From: Minisyncoccota bacterium
GTDB lineage: Bacteria > Patescibacteriota > Minisyncoccia > Phycocordibacterales > PALSA-1337
DNA: 64,000 bases
Assembly: GCA_028713005.1 (NCBI GenBank)
Contig: JAQTPC010000003.1
Span: forward strand, 13,022-77,021
Direction: 5' to 3'
Of this stretch, positions 10,059 to 18,983 are shown piece after piece. Under the pieces are notes generated by a model. It made no database searches, was not told where the DNA came from, and saw only the letters and a program-made list of their open reading frames with translations. The position numbers were made by a program, and so were the translations under genes. Within the stretch, counting starts at the first letter, position 1. Each line of letters starts with the position of its first letter.

Positions 10059-10324
10059 GGTTAAGTTGACCCTCGGGGATTGAGTTCTTACCCCTCGGAG
10101 ACGCGACGAATCGCTCCTTAAAACATCCTATTCGATACGATTGCACCGCAATCGGTTCCTCCTTCGACAATGTGAGGGTCCTTGCCTCCACCGCCCAACG
10201 GAAGGGCGTCGTCATCATTGCATGGATGTAAATACTTGTCCCTTTGTGTCGCTGGCTTTCTCCTTGCCAGACACAAAGGGACACCGCCCGCTTTAGTGCC
10301 ATCTCTTTTGAGAGGCACTTTTTT
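10059..10324 (+). ncRNA. Candidate structured ncRNA (~265 nt), family unknown
   Basis: Promoter upstream, terminator at end, several GC-rich hairpins, no credible ORF. Confidence 0.5.
10295..10324 (+). terminator. Intrinsic terminator
   Basis: agtgccatctc-tttt-gagaggcact followed by T run. Confidence 0.7.
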
Positions 10325-10353
10325 ATTTACTTGAAATACACCCTCTACGCAAT

Positions 10354-11625
10354 CTATTTTTTGCCAGTATGAGCTGTTGCACCACTCACCTTTCGAAGCG
10401 TCTCGTCGATTTTTTTAGCGATCATTTTAAAATCTTTCTCTTTTCTTCCCCGAGTAGTCTCTGCTGCTGTGCCAATACGAATACCCGATGGGTCTGCAGG
10501 CGGACGAACATCAAATGGAATAGCATTTTTATTTACGATGATACCTGATTTTTCGAGAGCATCGCTTGCATCTTTTCCTGAAACACCACCTGCTCCCTTT
10601 TCATTCTTCTTGCCATCATTCCATGTATCGATGAGGATAAGGTGCGAGTCGGTGCCTCCGGAGATGAGTCTCCATCCACGAGCATGAAGCTCCGTGGCGA
10701 GAACAGTCGCATTCTTTACTACTTGATCAGCGTATTTTTTAAAGTTTAGACTTGAAGCTTCCTTGAGAGCAACTGCAACTGCGGCGATCTGGTTCTCATG
10801 TGGACCACCCTGAAGACCTGGGAATACTGCACGATCAATCTTTTTATCGAGCTCGCGAGCATCGCGCTTTACAAAAATGAGAGCTGAGCGTGGACCACGA
10901 AGTGTCTTGTGTGTAGTCGTTGTGACGATGTCTGCATACGGAAATGGCGCTGGATAAGCTCCACCAGCAACGAGACCGGCGATATGTGACATATCAACCA
11001 TAAGGAGTGCCTCAGCTGCATCAGCGATCTCGCGCATCATAGCCCAGTCGATACGACGTGGGTATGCAGTAAATCCAGCCACGATAATGGCGGGCTTTTC
11101 TTTGATGGCCAACTCACGAAGTAGATCGTAATTGATCATCTCAGTGGTCGCATCCAGACCATATGGCACTTGTATCCAAAATTTACCAGTCGCTGAAACT
11201 TTGTGTCCGTGAGTGAGGTGACCTCCATGATCGAGAGACATACCCATGATCTTTGAAGGAACGAGGACCTCAGCATTGTCTGCACCAGGCAAAACTATCT
11301 TCTTTGGAGGAATGAGTGCTGTATAGACAGCTAGATTTGCAGGTGAACCAGAGAGAGCTTGTACATTAACGTGCCACTCAGTTGGGTCGAGTTTAAAAAG
11401 CTTGAGGGCGCGCTCGATACAGACAGATTCGATCTTATCAACTATTTCATTGCCACCATAGTAACGTTTGCCAGGGTACCCTTCTGCATATTTATTAGTC
11501 AGTTCTGAACCCAATGCTTCGAGCACGTCTTTTGAAACGTAGTTCTCTGAGGCGATGAGATTGACAACTTTCTTTTGACGTTTTTTTTCTGTCTCTATGA
11601 GTTTTTTTATTTGAGTGTCTTTCAT
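10354..11625 (-). CDS. glyA: Serine hydroxymethyltransferase
   Basis: LIASEN, NKYAEGYPGKRYYGG, GGHLTHG, TTTHKTLRGPR. Confidence 0.98.
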   Translation of the reverse strand: MKDTQIKKLIETEKKRQKKVVNLIASENYVSKDVLEALGSELTNKYAEGYPGKRYYGGNEIVDKIESVCIERALKLFKLDPTEWHVNVQALSGSPANLAVYTALIPPKKIVLPGADNAEVLVPSKIMGMSLDHGGHLTHGHKVSATGKFWIQVPYGLDATTEMINYDLLRELAIKEKPAIIVAGFTAYPRRIDWAMMREIADAAEALLMVDMSHIAGLVAGGAYPAPFPYADIVTTTTHKTLRGPRSALIFVKRDARELDKKIDRAVFPGLQGGPHENQIAAVAVALKEASSLNFKKYADQVVKNATVLATELHARGWRLISGGTDSHLILIDTWNDGKKNEKGAGGVSGKDASDALEKSGIIVNKNAIPFDVRPPADPSGIRIGTAAETTRGRKEKDFKMIAKKIDETLRKVSGATAHTGKK

Positions 11626-11715
11626 GCATAGAATATACCATGCAGATATATGAAAAAGAAAATGGAGACAGGTACAAGATTATATGTTGAAAAATTAACA
11701 CCCGTACACAGCTAA

Positions 11716-11808
11716 TAAAAAGGTCCGGCGCGCTGTTTTTCGCGTCGGACCTAGGGGCCCACATTCATCGGAGGAACGACTGCAGTGGGAAATTAATAGA
11801 ACTTGTAC
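11716..11808 (-). ncRNA. Candidate small RNA or glyA leader (~90 nt)
   Basis: Lies between a TTGACA-17-TATACT promoter and an 11-bp GC hairpin plus U run. Confidence 0.4.
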
Positions 11809-11814
11809 TCTAAA

Positions 11815-11843
11815 AGTATACGCCTCTTATTGCTATATGTCAA
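11815..11843 (-). promoter_or_regulatory. Sigma70-type promoter TTGACA-17-TATACT
   Basis: minus strand ttgaca tatagcaataagaggcg tatact. Confidence 0.65.
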
Positions 11844-11859
11844 TACCATATTTCTTACC

Positions 11860-12501
11860 CTATTTAATACCCAACTGTTGCCTCATTTGAATGAGAAAAT
11901 CTTTCTTCACTGTTTCGAGAGGTCGGTTAGCATCGATGATGATACATGGTGTGCCGAGAGCTTTTACTTTCTCAAAGAATTTCAAATAGCCTTTGCGAAC
12001 ATTCTGATGAAAAGTGATTTCTCTATCATCGAAGTGGTCGTACCCAATATCAAAAGACTGATTGCGTCCATGCGCTCGTTTCAATCCTTCTTCAGGATCA
12101 ACATCAACAAAGACATATATATCCGGAGTGACCATGAGCTTACTCCTCATGCTCCAAAAGAGATCTTCGAGGAGGCTCGACTGGCTTGATATCTGATATG
12201 CATATGATGAGGCGTCAAAACGATCAGCGATAACCGGCACCCCTTTCTTGAGGCTTGGAATGATAACATTTGCCACATTGTCGAAACGCGCCGCGAACAT
12301 GAGGCAGAGAGTCGTTTCTGGTGGTGCATCTTTGGCCAGAGGATTTTTGATGGCTGCTGTACGGATGAGCTCAGCGTAGGGCGAACCACCTGGCTCACGA
12401 GTCGTCATGATCAGATCACCCAAGCTTTCTTTGAGTATACGGATAAGGGTAGATTTTCCTGAACCTTCCCCTCCCTCTATGACGATAAATTGTGGTTTCA
12501 T
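11860..12501 (-). CDS. tmk: Thymidylate kinase
   Basis: FIVIEGGEGSGKST, TREPGG, DRFDASSYAYQ. Confidence 0.96.
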   Translation of the reverse strand: MKPQFIVIEGGEGSGKSTLIRILKESLGDLIMTTREPGGSPYAELIRTAAIKNPLAKDAPPETTLCLMFAARFDNVANVIIPSLKKGVPVIADRFDASSYAYQISSQSSLLEDLFWSMRSKLMVTPDIYVFVDVDPEEGLKRAHGRNQSFDIGYDHFDDREITFHQNVRKGYLKFFEKVKALGTPCIIIDANRPLETVKKDFLIQMRQQLGIK

Positions 12502-12516
12502 TTCTGTATTTAAAAA

Positions 12517-12939
12517 TTATTTTCCCGTACTACCAAACCCCTTCTCACCTCTCGTACTATCACTTAATTCATCAACCTCAATCACATCCGGCACTTCGAC
12601 TTTCTGAATGAGCATCTGTGACACTTTGTGACCTGCTTCAAAAATATATTCGACATCACTGAGATTGATCATGCCAATCAACACTTCACCTCTATAGCCA
12701 GCATCAATCACTCCCCCGAGAAGTTTGATGCTGTGCTTGATAGCTATGCCGCTCTTGTCCCAAAAGAGTCCGACACATCCATGTGGAATCTCCATCGCTA
12801 TACCTGTTTTGATAGCGGCATGCTCGCCGGGCTTTATGACAGTTTTTTCCAGGACAAAAAAATCCATGCCTGCATCGCCTGGATGAGCATACGCAGGTAT
12901 CTTGGCGTCTGGATGGAGTTTTTTAAACTTAATTTGCAT
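12517..12939 (-). CDS. dut: Trimeric dUTPase
   Basis: GDAGMD, GVIDAGYRGE, RGEKGFGSTG. Confidence 0.96.
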   Translation of the reverse strand: MQIKFKKLHPDAKIPAYAHPGDAGMDFFVLEKTVIKPGEHAAIKTGIAMEIPHGCVGLFWDKSGIAIKHSIKLLGGVIDAGYRGEVLIGMINLSDVEYIFEAGHKVSQMLIQKVEVPDVIEVDELSDSTRGEKGFGSTGK

Positions 12940-12954
12940 AAAATTTGACGCGCA

Positions 12955-13428
12955 TTATCTCTTGAACTGTTCTGTAGCCCCTTCAACCAAGTATACATCC
13001 TTGATGCCTGCCGCAATCATAGCGTCCCAACACGGCTTGCAACACCACCAATGACCCCAGTGATACAGATCAGCTCCCGTTATGTCGCCATACTTTTTTT
13101 GGGCGTCTTTTATCGCTTGCGGCTCAGCGTGCATATGAGATGAGGCACACCCAGGACATAGATAATATTTGGTGCCCGATTTTATATGAAATAATTTTCT
13201 GATACAAAATTTATTATGTAAGTTATGCATCCATTGCTTCCTCAGAAGGGACTGATTCGCCCCTACCCCGAGTATTTTTCCGTCTTTCACGATCACCGCG
13301 CCAGTTGGTTGCTTACTGTCTGTCGAATATTGGAACGTGATCTTCTTCGTCTCTGCCATGAAAGGATTCTCAATAGGCACATATATGAATTTTCTCCCTT
13401 CGGGGAGATATGGGTAGTGTTCATTCAT
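12955..13428 (-). CDS. Zn-dependent deoxycytidylate deaminase family protein
   Basis: GAVIVKDG, HAE...CKPC zinc motif; context of nucleotide genes. Confidence 0.85.
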   Translation of the reverse strand: MNEHYPYLPEGRKFIYVPIENPFMAETKKITFQYSTDSKQPTGAVIVKDGKILGVGANQSLLRKQWMHNLHNKFCIRKLFHIKSGTKYYLCPGCASSHMHAEPQAIKDAQKKYGDITGADLYHWGHWWCCKPCWDAMIAAGIKDVYLVEGATEQFKR

Positions 13429-13455
13429 CTCTCGATTATATATAATAAAACCATT

Positions 13456-14316
13456 ATGACCAAATTCGATGAAATATATCAGGACATGGTGCGAAAGATA
13501 ATGCTAGAGGGCATAGATGAGATCAACAAGAGCAAACAAGCTGGCAGTGAAAGAGCGACCTATATTACTCGAGCGATTCCTGGTATGCACTTTACCACTG
13601 ATATTGAAAAAGATGGCTTCCCTCTCCTCACTCTCAGGAAAATCCCCGTAAAGGCACCTGTAGCCGAACAGGCATGGTTCATCATGGGGTCGAGAAAGCC
13701 AGAAGATTTTCTCCGCGAATACACAAAGATCTGGGATGCATTCACTAACCCTGGCGACGTCGTCACCGTTGCGTATGGATATCGCTGGCGCAAGCACTTT
13801 GGTCGTGATCAACTCAAACTCCTCATCGACCTTCTCCGAGCCGAGCCTGGTTCACGTCATGGGGTTGTCGTCACGTGGGATCCTGCCCAAGACGGACTAT
13901 CTCTCCAAAAGAAAAAGAATGTTCCTTGCCCCTATACATTCACGGTAAATATTATTGGCGGTCGTTTGCATCTCCATAATATTGTACGTTCAAATGATGT
14001 TATCCTCGGTGTTCCATTCGATGTATTTGGTTTTGCACTTCTCCAATGCCTTCTCGCTCAAGAGCTTGGTGTTCGACCAGGAATATATAGCCACTCTATA
14101 TCAAATGCTCATATATATGACACTCATTTTGAAGCTGCAAAAACTCTGATGGAGAGAAAAAATGAACATCAAAAGATCATCCTTGAGTTACCACAAAATT
14201 CGTTCAAAGAGATAGAAAATAGAAATCGTGGAGTTGTTGATGCAATCATTGAAAATATTGACAAGCAGTATCACCCATCAGAAGCCATTACGGGCATCAA
14301 AATCGTCGCCTACTAA
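13456..14316 (+). CDS. thyA: Thymidylate synthase family protein with cytidylate-type substitutions (PCP; RSND...GVPFD)
   Basis: FPLLTLRK, YGYRWR, DQL, PC, RSND, NAHIY; start reassigned to MTKFD at 13456. Confidence 0.88.
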   Translation: MTKFDEIYQDMVRKIMLEGIDEINKSKQAGSERATYITRAIPGMHFTTDIEKDGFPLLTLRKIPVKAPVAEQAWFIMGSRKPEDFLREYTKIWDAFTNPGDVVTVAYGYRWRKHFGRDQLKLLIDLLRAEPGSRHGVVVTWDPAQDGLSLQKKKNVPCPYTFTVNIIGGRLHLHNIVRSNDVILGVPFDVFGFALLQCLLAQELGVRPGIYSHSISNAHIYDTHFEAAKTLMERKNEHQKIILELPQNSFKEIENRNRGVVDAIIENIDKQYHPSEAITGIKIVAY

Positions 14317-14364
14317 TTCGTCTCCGATTATCTTATAATTCAGAGATACTTTTAACTTACCTTC

Positions 14365-14997
14365 ATGTCCATCATCACCAAAAAAGATATCATCGACCGC
14401 ATCCGCTCTGGCTCTCTCGCCTTCAAGCCGAACCTCGACCAATTCCAGCTCCAAGAGCACTCAGCTGACTTACGCCTCGGTTTTACCTTCATGATCCCCA
14501 AGATGTGGCATATGACGCCCGGTGGACGCGAATCGCTCGATATCACCCATTTCGACAAGCGTAATCACGAGTATTTTGAAGTCGTCGAGCTCGAGCAAGG
14601 TCAACATTTTGACCTCTTACCACAGGAGTACATCCTCGTCTCAACGCTCGAAGCGATCAAGATGCCTCGTGACCTCATGGGTATCCTCTATCCTCGCTCA
14701 TCAACTAACCGCAAAGGACTTTCGCTCGACCTCACCGGTATCATCGATGCAGGCTATGATGGCCAACTCATCCTCCCTATCCGCAATAATACTCGTTCAC
14801 AAGCGATCAGACTCTTCCCTGGTGAACGTCTCTGTCAGGTCGTCTTTGAAGAACTCAAAACAGAAGTAGAACCACGTCAGAGCAAGTATCATCAAAAAGA
14901 CATCATTGAAGGAGTGCAGATGGAGAAGAAGGATGAAGTTGATCTCCTCACCAAAGGCGATATTAAAACGCTTAAGGAAAAGTACAAAGTAGAATAA
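14365..14997 (+). CDS. dcd: dCTP deaminase/dUTPase superfamily protein (catalytic Glu position is Pro)
   Basis: SADLRLG, RSSTNRKGL, IDAGYDGQLILPIRN, PGERLCQ. Confidence 0.8.
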   Translation: MSIITKKDIIDRIRSGSLAFKPNLDQFQLQEHSADLRLGFTFMIPKMWHMTPGGRESLDITHFDKRNHEYFEVVELEQGQHFDLLPQEYILVSTLEAIKMPRDLMGILYPRSSTNRKGLSLDLTGIIDAGYDGQLILPIRNNTRSQAIRLFPGERLCQVVFEELKTEVEPRQSKYHQKDIIEGVQMEKKDEVDLLTKGDIKTLKEKYKVE

Positions 14998-15008
14998 TTT
15001 TAAATACA

Positions 15009-15530
15009 ATGAAGACTTTCATCATCGCCGCAATGACCGCAGATGGGTATATCGCAAAAGATGCTCAGCATTCCCCTTTCAACTGGACGAGTAAGGCTGA
15101 TAAAAAACGCTTCATCGAAACAACAAAAAAGGCTGGCGTCATCGTCGTCGGTTCGAGCACCTATAAGACGTTTCCTGGAGCTCTCAAAGAGCGCCTCAAT
15201 ATCGTCTACAGTCGCTCACAGAGCTTTGATGGAGCAGAAACGACCCAAGATGAGCCTGCTGAGCTATTGAAGAAACTCGAAGCTCGTGGCTTCAAAGAAG
15301 TAGCTATTTGTGGGGGCGAAGCCATCTACACGATGTTTATGAAGGCCAAGGTCGTTGATCGCCTCTATCTCACGGTTGAACCAATCATTTTTGGTAAAGG
15401 GGTAAAACTTTTTAATGATGATATGCTCTTTCATCTCAAGCTGGTAAGTTCTGCAGAATCTAGTAGTGGCGCCCTCCTGCTCGAGTATACGGTGGACTAT
15501 TCGGGGAATCCTAAAACTCAGACCCACTAA
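15009..15530 (+). CDS. folA: Dihydrofolate reductase
   Basis: IIAAMTADGYIA, W...D...F, RLNIVYSR, GGEAIY. Confidence 0.88.
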   Translation: MKTFIIAAMTADGYIAKDAQHSPFNWTSKADKKRFIETTKKAGVIVVGSSTYKTFPGALKERLNIVYSRSQSFDGAETTQDEPAELLKKLEARGFKEVAICGGEAIYTMFMKAKVVDRLYLTVEPIIFGKGVKLFNDDMLFHLKLVSSAESSSGALLLEYTVDYSGNPKTQTH

Positions 15531-15557
15531 AAAATCGAAGTATTAATTATACATAAT

Positions 15558-15588
15558 AAAAAACACCGACTTTCGCCGGTGTTTTTTA
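15558..15588. terminator. Bidirectional terminator between folA and rplK
   Basis: aaaaaacaccg-actttcgc-cggtgtttttt. Confidence 0.75.
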
Positions 15589-15599
15589 TTTCTAAAAAT

Positions 15600-16022
15600 T
15601 TATTTTACATCCACACCCATCTGACGTGCTGTACCAGCAACTGTCTTCATAGCAGCTTCGATACTACCTGCACTGAGGTCTGGCATTTTCTTTTCTGCGA
15701 TTTCCTTAACCTGAGCCTTGGTGAGTGTACCAATCTTTGCAGTATTTGGCTTACCTGAACCCTTCTCTTTCTTGAGAGCCTTCAAGATGAGACTTGAAGT
15801 AGGAGGAGTCTTGAGGACGAAATCGTAGGTACGATCTTCGTACACAGTGATGACAACTGGGATCATGTCGCCAATCATACCTTTTGTAGCATCGTTGAAC
15901 TTCTTTGTGAAATCACCAATGTTAACACCGGCCTGACCGAGAGTAGGACCGAGTGGTGGAGCTGGGGTTGCTTTACCAGCAGGAGCGATAACCTTTACTT
16001 TCTTTACAATTTTTTTAGCCAT
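15600..16022 (-). CDS. rplK: 50S ribosomal protein L11
   Basis: [23 protein letters not shown]. Confidence 0.98.
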   Translation of the reverse strand: MAKKIVKKVKVIAPAGKATPAPPLGPTLGQAGVNIGDFTKKFNDATKGMIGDMIPVVITVYEDRTYDFVLKTPPTSSLILKALKKEKGSGKPNTAKIGTLTKAQVKEIAEKKMPDLSAGSIEAAMKTVAGTARQMGVDVK

Positions 16023-16052
16023 AATCTTTATTTAGTGTATGTGGATAGTATA

Positions 16053-16598
16053 TTAAACCTTCTTAACTTGCAAGAAGTCGAGCTCGACAGGCGTCTCACG
16101 ACCGAACATCGATACGAGCACTTTGATCTTGCCGCGTTGCGTATCAACCTCAGCCACTTTGCCTTCAAAGTCCTTGAAAGGACCATCTGACACCTTGACC
16201 AAGTCGCCGATCGAGAGGTCGATCGTGTGCTCAGTGTCTGACGAAGACATGCGACTAAAGAGTGAAGCTACTTCCTTTGGGTCGAGAGGAACTGGGTTGA
16301 CTCCTGAACCAACGAAACCAGTCACGCGAGGAGTGTTACGAACGACATACCATGAATCATCGTTAACGATCATCTCAACAAGGACATATCCAGGATAGAT
16401 CTTTTCCTCTTCTTCAACGCGCTTATTTGCCTTAACTTTGATCTTCTTTTCAGTTGGAACAATCACGGCAAAAATCTTGTCCTCCATACCGAGAGACTCG
16501 ATGCGCTGCTTCAAGTTGCGGGCAACTGCGTTTTCATAGCCTGCGTACGTATGTATCGCATACCATGCTCGTTCCCCTGTTGTAAGTTGTTTCGACAT
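16053..16598 (-). CDS. nusG: Transcription factor NusG
   Basis: WYAIHTYAGYE, PGYVLVEM, VTGFVG, KOW domain, FGRETPVEL. Confidence 0.98.
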   Translation of the reverse strand: MSKQLTTGERAWYAIHTYAGYENAVARNLKQRIESLGMEDKIFAVIVPTEKKIKVKANKRVEEEEKIYPGYVLVEMIVNDDSWYVVRNTPRVTGFVGSGVNPVPLDPKEVASLFSRMSSSDTEHTIDLSIGDLVKVSDGPFKDFEGKVAEVDTQRGKIKVLVSMFGRETPVELDFLQVKKV

Positions 16599-16641
16599 AA
16601 GTTAAATAAAATTAAAAGTTAAAAATAAAAAGGCAAAAGTA

Positions 16642-16818
16642 TTAGAACAAGAGTGTGAGGAGCTTTGAGAAGACAAAATCACCGACACCAAGAATAAGAG
16701 CTGTGATAGCTGAGACCGCAATGACAAGAGCGGTGAATCGGAGTGTTTGCGCACGACTCGGCCACGTAACATGAGTCAATTCGGTACGGGTTTGTTTGAT
16801 GTATTCGGTGATTTTCAT
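16642..16818 (-). CDS. secE: Preprotein translocase SecE
   Basis: ELTHVTWPSR plus TM helix, upstream of nusG; start MKITE. Confidence 0.92.
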   Translation of the reverse strand: MKITEYIKQTRTELTHVTWPSRAQTLRFTALVIAVSAITALILGVGDFVFSKLLTLLF

Positions 16819-17015
16819 ATCTTTGTGTATATAGATTCTATATCTTCTACTAAAAAACCCCTCGGGGGGATTACTTGTACACAATATACCTTTTAAGGGT
16901 CTAAGTCAAGCTACTCTTCCTTGTCATGAATAGGGTTGAATGCCACCCAAATACCATTGACAAATATAGATAAAGTGGTATATAATTCGGACCAAACCAA
17001 CCAAAGGAGTTCCTT

Positions 17016-18059
17016 GTGAATAAAAAACTAACCAAAAAAGCTAAGCCTGCTGGCAAAAAAGCAGTTAAGGCAGTTAAGTCGAAGAAAGTGGTTATTCGCG
17101 TAGCAAAAGCCCCAAAAGCTAATCGTGCGCGTGTAATCAAAAAAACTGCCCCGACCAAGAAAGTGGCTACCCGTGGACAGCGAGTGCGGACAATAAGGCT
17201 CACTCGCGTGCACGTGGCTCAAACAGCTAATTCCCCCGGGGGAGAAGTGTTCATTGCTGAAGAGTTCATCCGTCCAACAGCACCGAGTGGTGAAAATGGA
17301 CATCGCACAGAACCTGTGCACGAAAATGGGAACGTGGTCACTTCACCACAAATTGAAGTGATACCGGAACCTGTTGTTGAAGCCGTGAGCACTGAAAGCC
17401 TGCCCCTGATCGTTGAACCAAAGATGGGCACGAGCCAGGTCGAGGTAATTTACCGCAACAATATCCGTTTTGAGCATTACATACCCGAAGAAAAAAAGTT
17501 CAAATACCCCCTGGTCATACAACCAGAGCGGTCTCCGGGTGATTGGCTGTTCAAAGAATTCTGCACGAAACTCATGGAGCACGGACACGAGTGCTATGTT
17601 TCCACCGTGCGCGAACACATAAACAACATCAGGGTTCATGATTCATCTGGGATGATTCCAGACAGCTACGACGAAGATCTTGGCAAATTTGTCAGATCGC
17701 TCGACACACCAGTAGTGCTCATCGGTTTCGCCGGTGGAAGCACTACGGCGAACAGGATCGCGCATAGCAACAAGTCGAACATAGCAGGATATGTTTCGCT
17801 CATGGGTAACCTGATTGACTGGTCTCGTGACAGACTTATACACCCGCTACCCTGTCGTAGTCTGACACTTGCACAGCGTAATGGCCTAACACCTCGCTGG
17901 ATCCACAAATGGATCTGTAGTCGGCTTGGGTTTAGTGATCTCATACTTATTCGTGACAATCGAGGGTTCATTCGTGAACGTGGTCGAGTTCGTCGCCTGG
18001 TCAGTGTGCTCTTGGACTGGCTCGATCAAAATGCGTCGTATTTAAAACCGAAATCGTAA
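17016..18059 (+). CDS. Hypothetical protein: Lys/Ala-rich basic N-terminus plus degenerate alpha/beta-hydrolase-like region
   Basis: GTG start with AAAGGAG RBS, TTGACA-18-TATAAT promoter, terminator downstream; VVLIGFAGG elbow-like motif. Confidence 0.65.
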   Translation: MNKKLTKKAKPAGKKAVKAVKSKKVVIRVAKAPKANRARVIKKTAPTKKVATRGQRVRTIRLTRVHVAQTANSPGGEVFIAEEFIRPTAPSGENGHRTEPVHENGNVVTSPQIEVIPEPVVEAVSTESLPLIVEPKMGTSQVEVIYRNNIRFEHYIPEEKKFKYPLVIQPERSPGDWLFKEFCTKLMEHGHECYVSTVREHINNIRVHDSSGMIPDSYDEDLGKFVRSLDTPVVLIGFAGGSTTANRIAHSNKSNIAGYVSLMGNLIDWSRDRLIHPLPCRSLTLAQRNGLTPRWIHKWICSRLGFSDLILIRDNRGFIRERGRVRRLVSVLLDWLDQNASYLKPKS

Positions 18060-18065
18060 CAAACA

Positions 18066-18102
18066 AAAACAGCCGGAGATTACTCCCCGGCTGTTCTTTT
18101 TT
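18066..18102. terminator. Bidirectional terminator
   Basis: aacagccgg...ccggctgtt flanked by A and T runs. Confidence 0.7.
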
Positions 18103-18113
18103 TACCAAAATAC

Positions 18114-18914
18114 TTACTGTATTTCGTACGTGACTGAAACTGAACTTGTAACCTTTTGCTGACCAGCAGGAATCTCTGGAGCAGCAGACGTTTTTGCATT
18201 GAAGGCATCGCCACCCATACCATACAACATTGGGCGCGCATAACCACCATCTTCTGAGAAGTTTATGATGCGCACAAGACGAACACCGAGTTGTTGTGCC
18301 AAAACATCAGCCTTTAACTTTGCATCAGCAATGGCCTTTGCACGAGCTTCTGCCTGGATAGTGTCTGGCTTATCAACTGCAAAACTAAGACCATTGATAT
18401 TTTCAACCTGTAGAGATCCGATAGAAGCAAAGAGTGCCCCCGCCTTGTCGAGATTACGAACCTTGACCGTTATCGTCTGGCTCACATCATATCCTGTTAG
18501 GACTGATTTACCGCCTGGACAATACGAAACTGTTCCATCCACTTTTGCAGCAGGACAGATAGCATTTTGGTACTCGTAGTGCGGATTGATAGAATAATTT
18601 GTAGTTTGGATATCCTTATCTGCTACCCCGCCATCACGAACTGCCTTAAGTGCAGCATTAATCTTTTCCGTAGCTTTTGACTGTGCTTCTGAAACTGTTT
18701 TTGAAGTTTGAGAAACACTAAATGAAAATGTCGCTACATCAGGAACAGCGTATGCATCGCCACTACCAGTGACCGAGATCGTATTTGTCGCCGGAACACC
18801 TGAACCAATATATGCGATAGATTTGAGCTGACCAACGGCGAGTGCGATCAAATATATACTGAGTACCGTTCCTGCAAGGATACCAACTTGCCATGCTCTT
18901 TTTTGTAGATTCAT
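18114..18914 (-). CDS. SIMPL (DUF541) domain protein
   Basis: ISVTGSG...PDVA, AIADAKLKA..LA..LG, V.VTYEI. Confidence 0.9.
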   Translation of the reverse strand: MNLQKRAWQVGILAGTVLSIYLIALAVGQLKSIAYIGSGVPATNTISVTGSGDAYAVPDVATFSFSVSQTSKTVSEAQSKATEKINAALKAVRDGGVADKDIQTTNYSINPHYEYQNAICPAAKVDGTVSYCPGGKSVLTGYDVSQTITVKVRNLDKAGALFASIGSLQVENINGLSFAVDKPDTIQAEARAKAIADAKLKADVLAQQLGVRLVRIINFSEDGGYARPMLYGMGGDAFNAKTSAAPEIPAGQQKVTSSVSVTYEIQ

Positions 18915-18983
18915 AGTATGAATATAAATTAAATGTATAAAATAACCCTAAACTAACGCGTTTATCAATAGTAACATATCTCG

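Noticed and set aside
10054-10318. ORFs 10054-10302 and 10118-10318
   Set aside because: No recognisable protein features; the region is dominated by RNA-like stems
9984-10353. T-box riboswitch for argS
   Set aside because: No UGGNACC T-box or minus-strand terminator; promoter and terminator point to the + strand
13225-13455. N-terminal extension of ThyA given by the ORF track
   Set aside because: Overlaps the opposite-strand deaminase; the ATG at 13456 follows a TATAAT box
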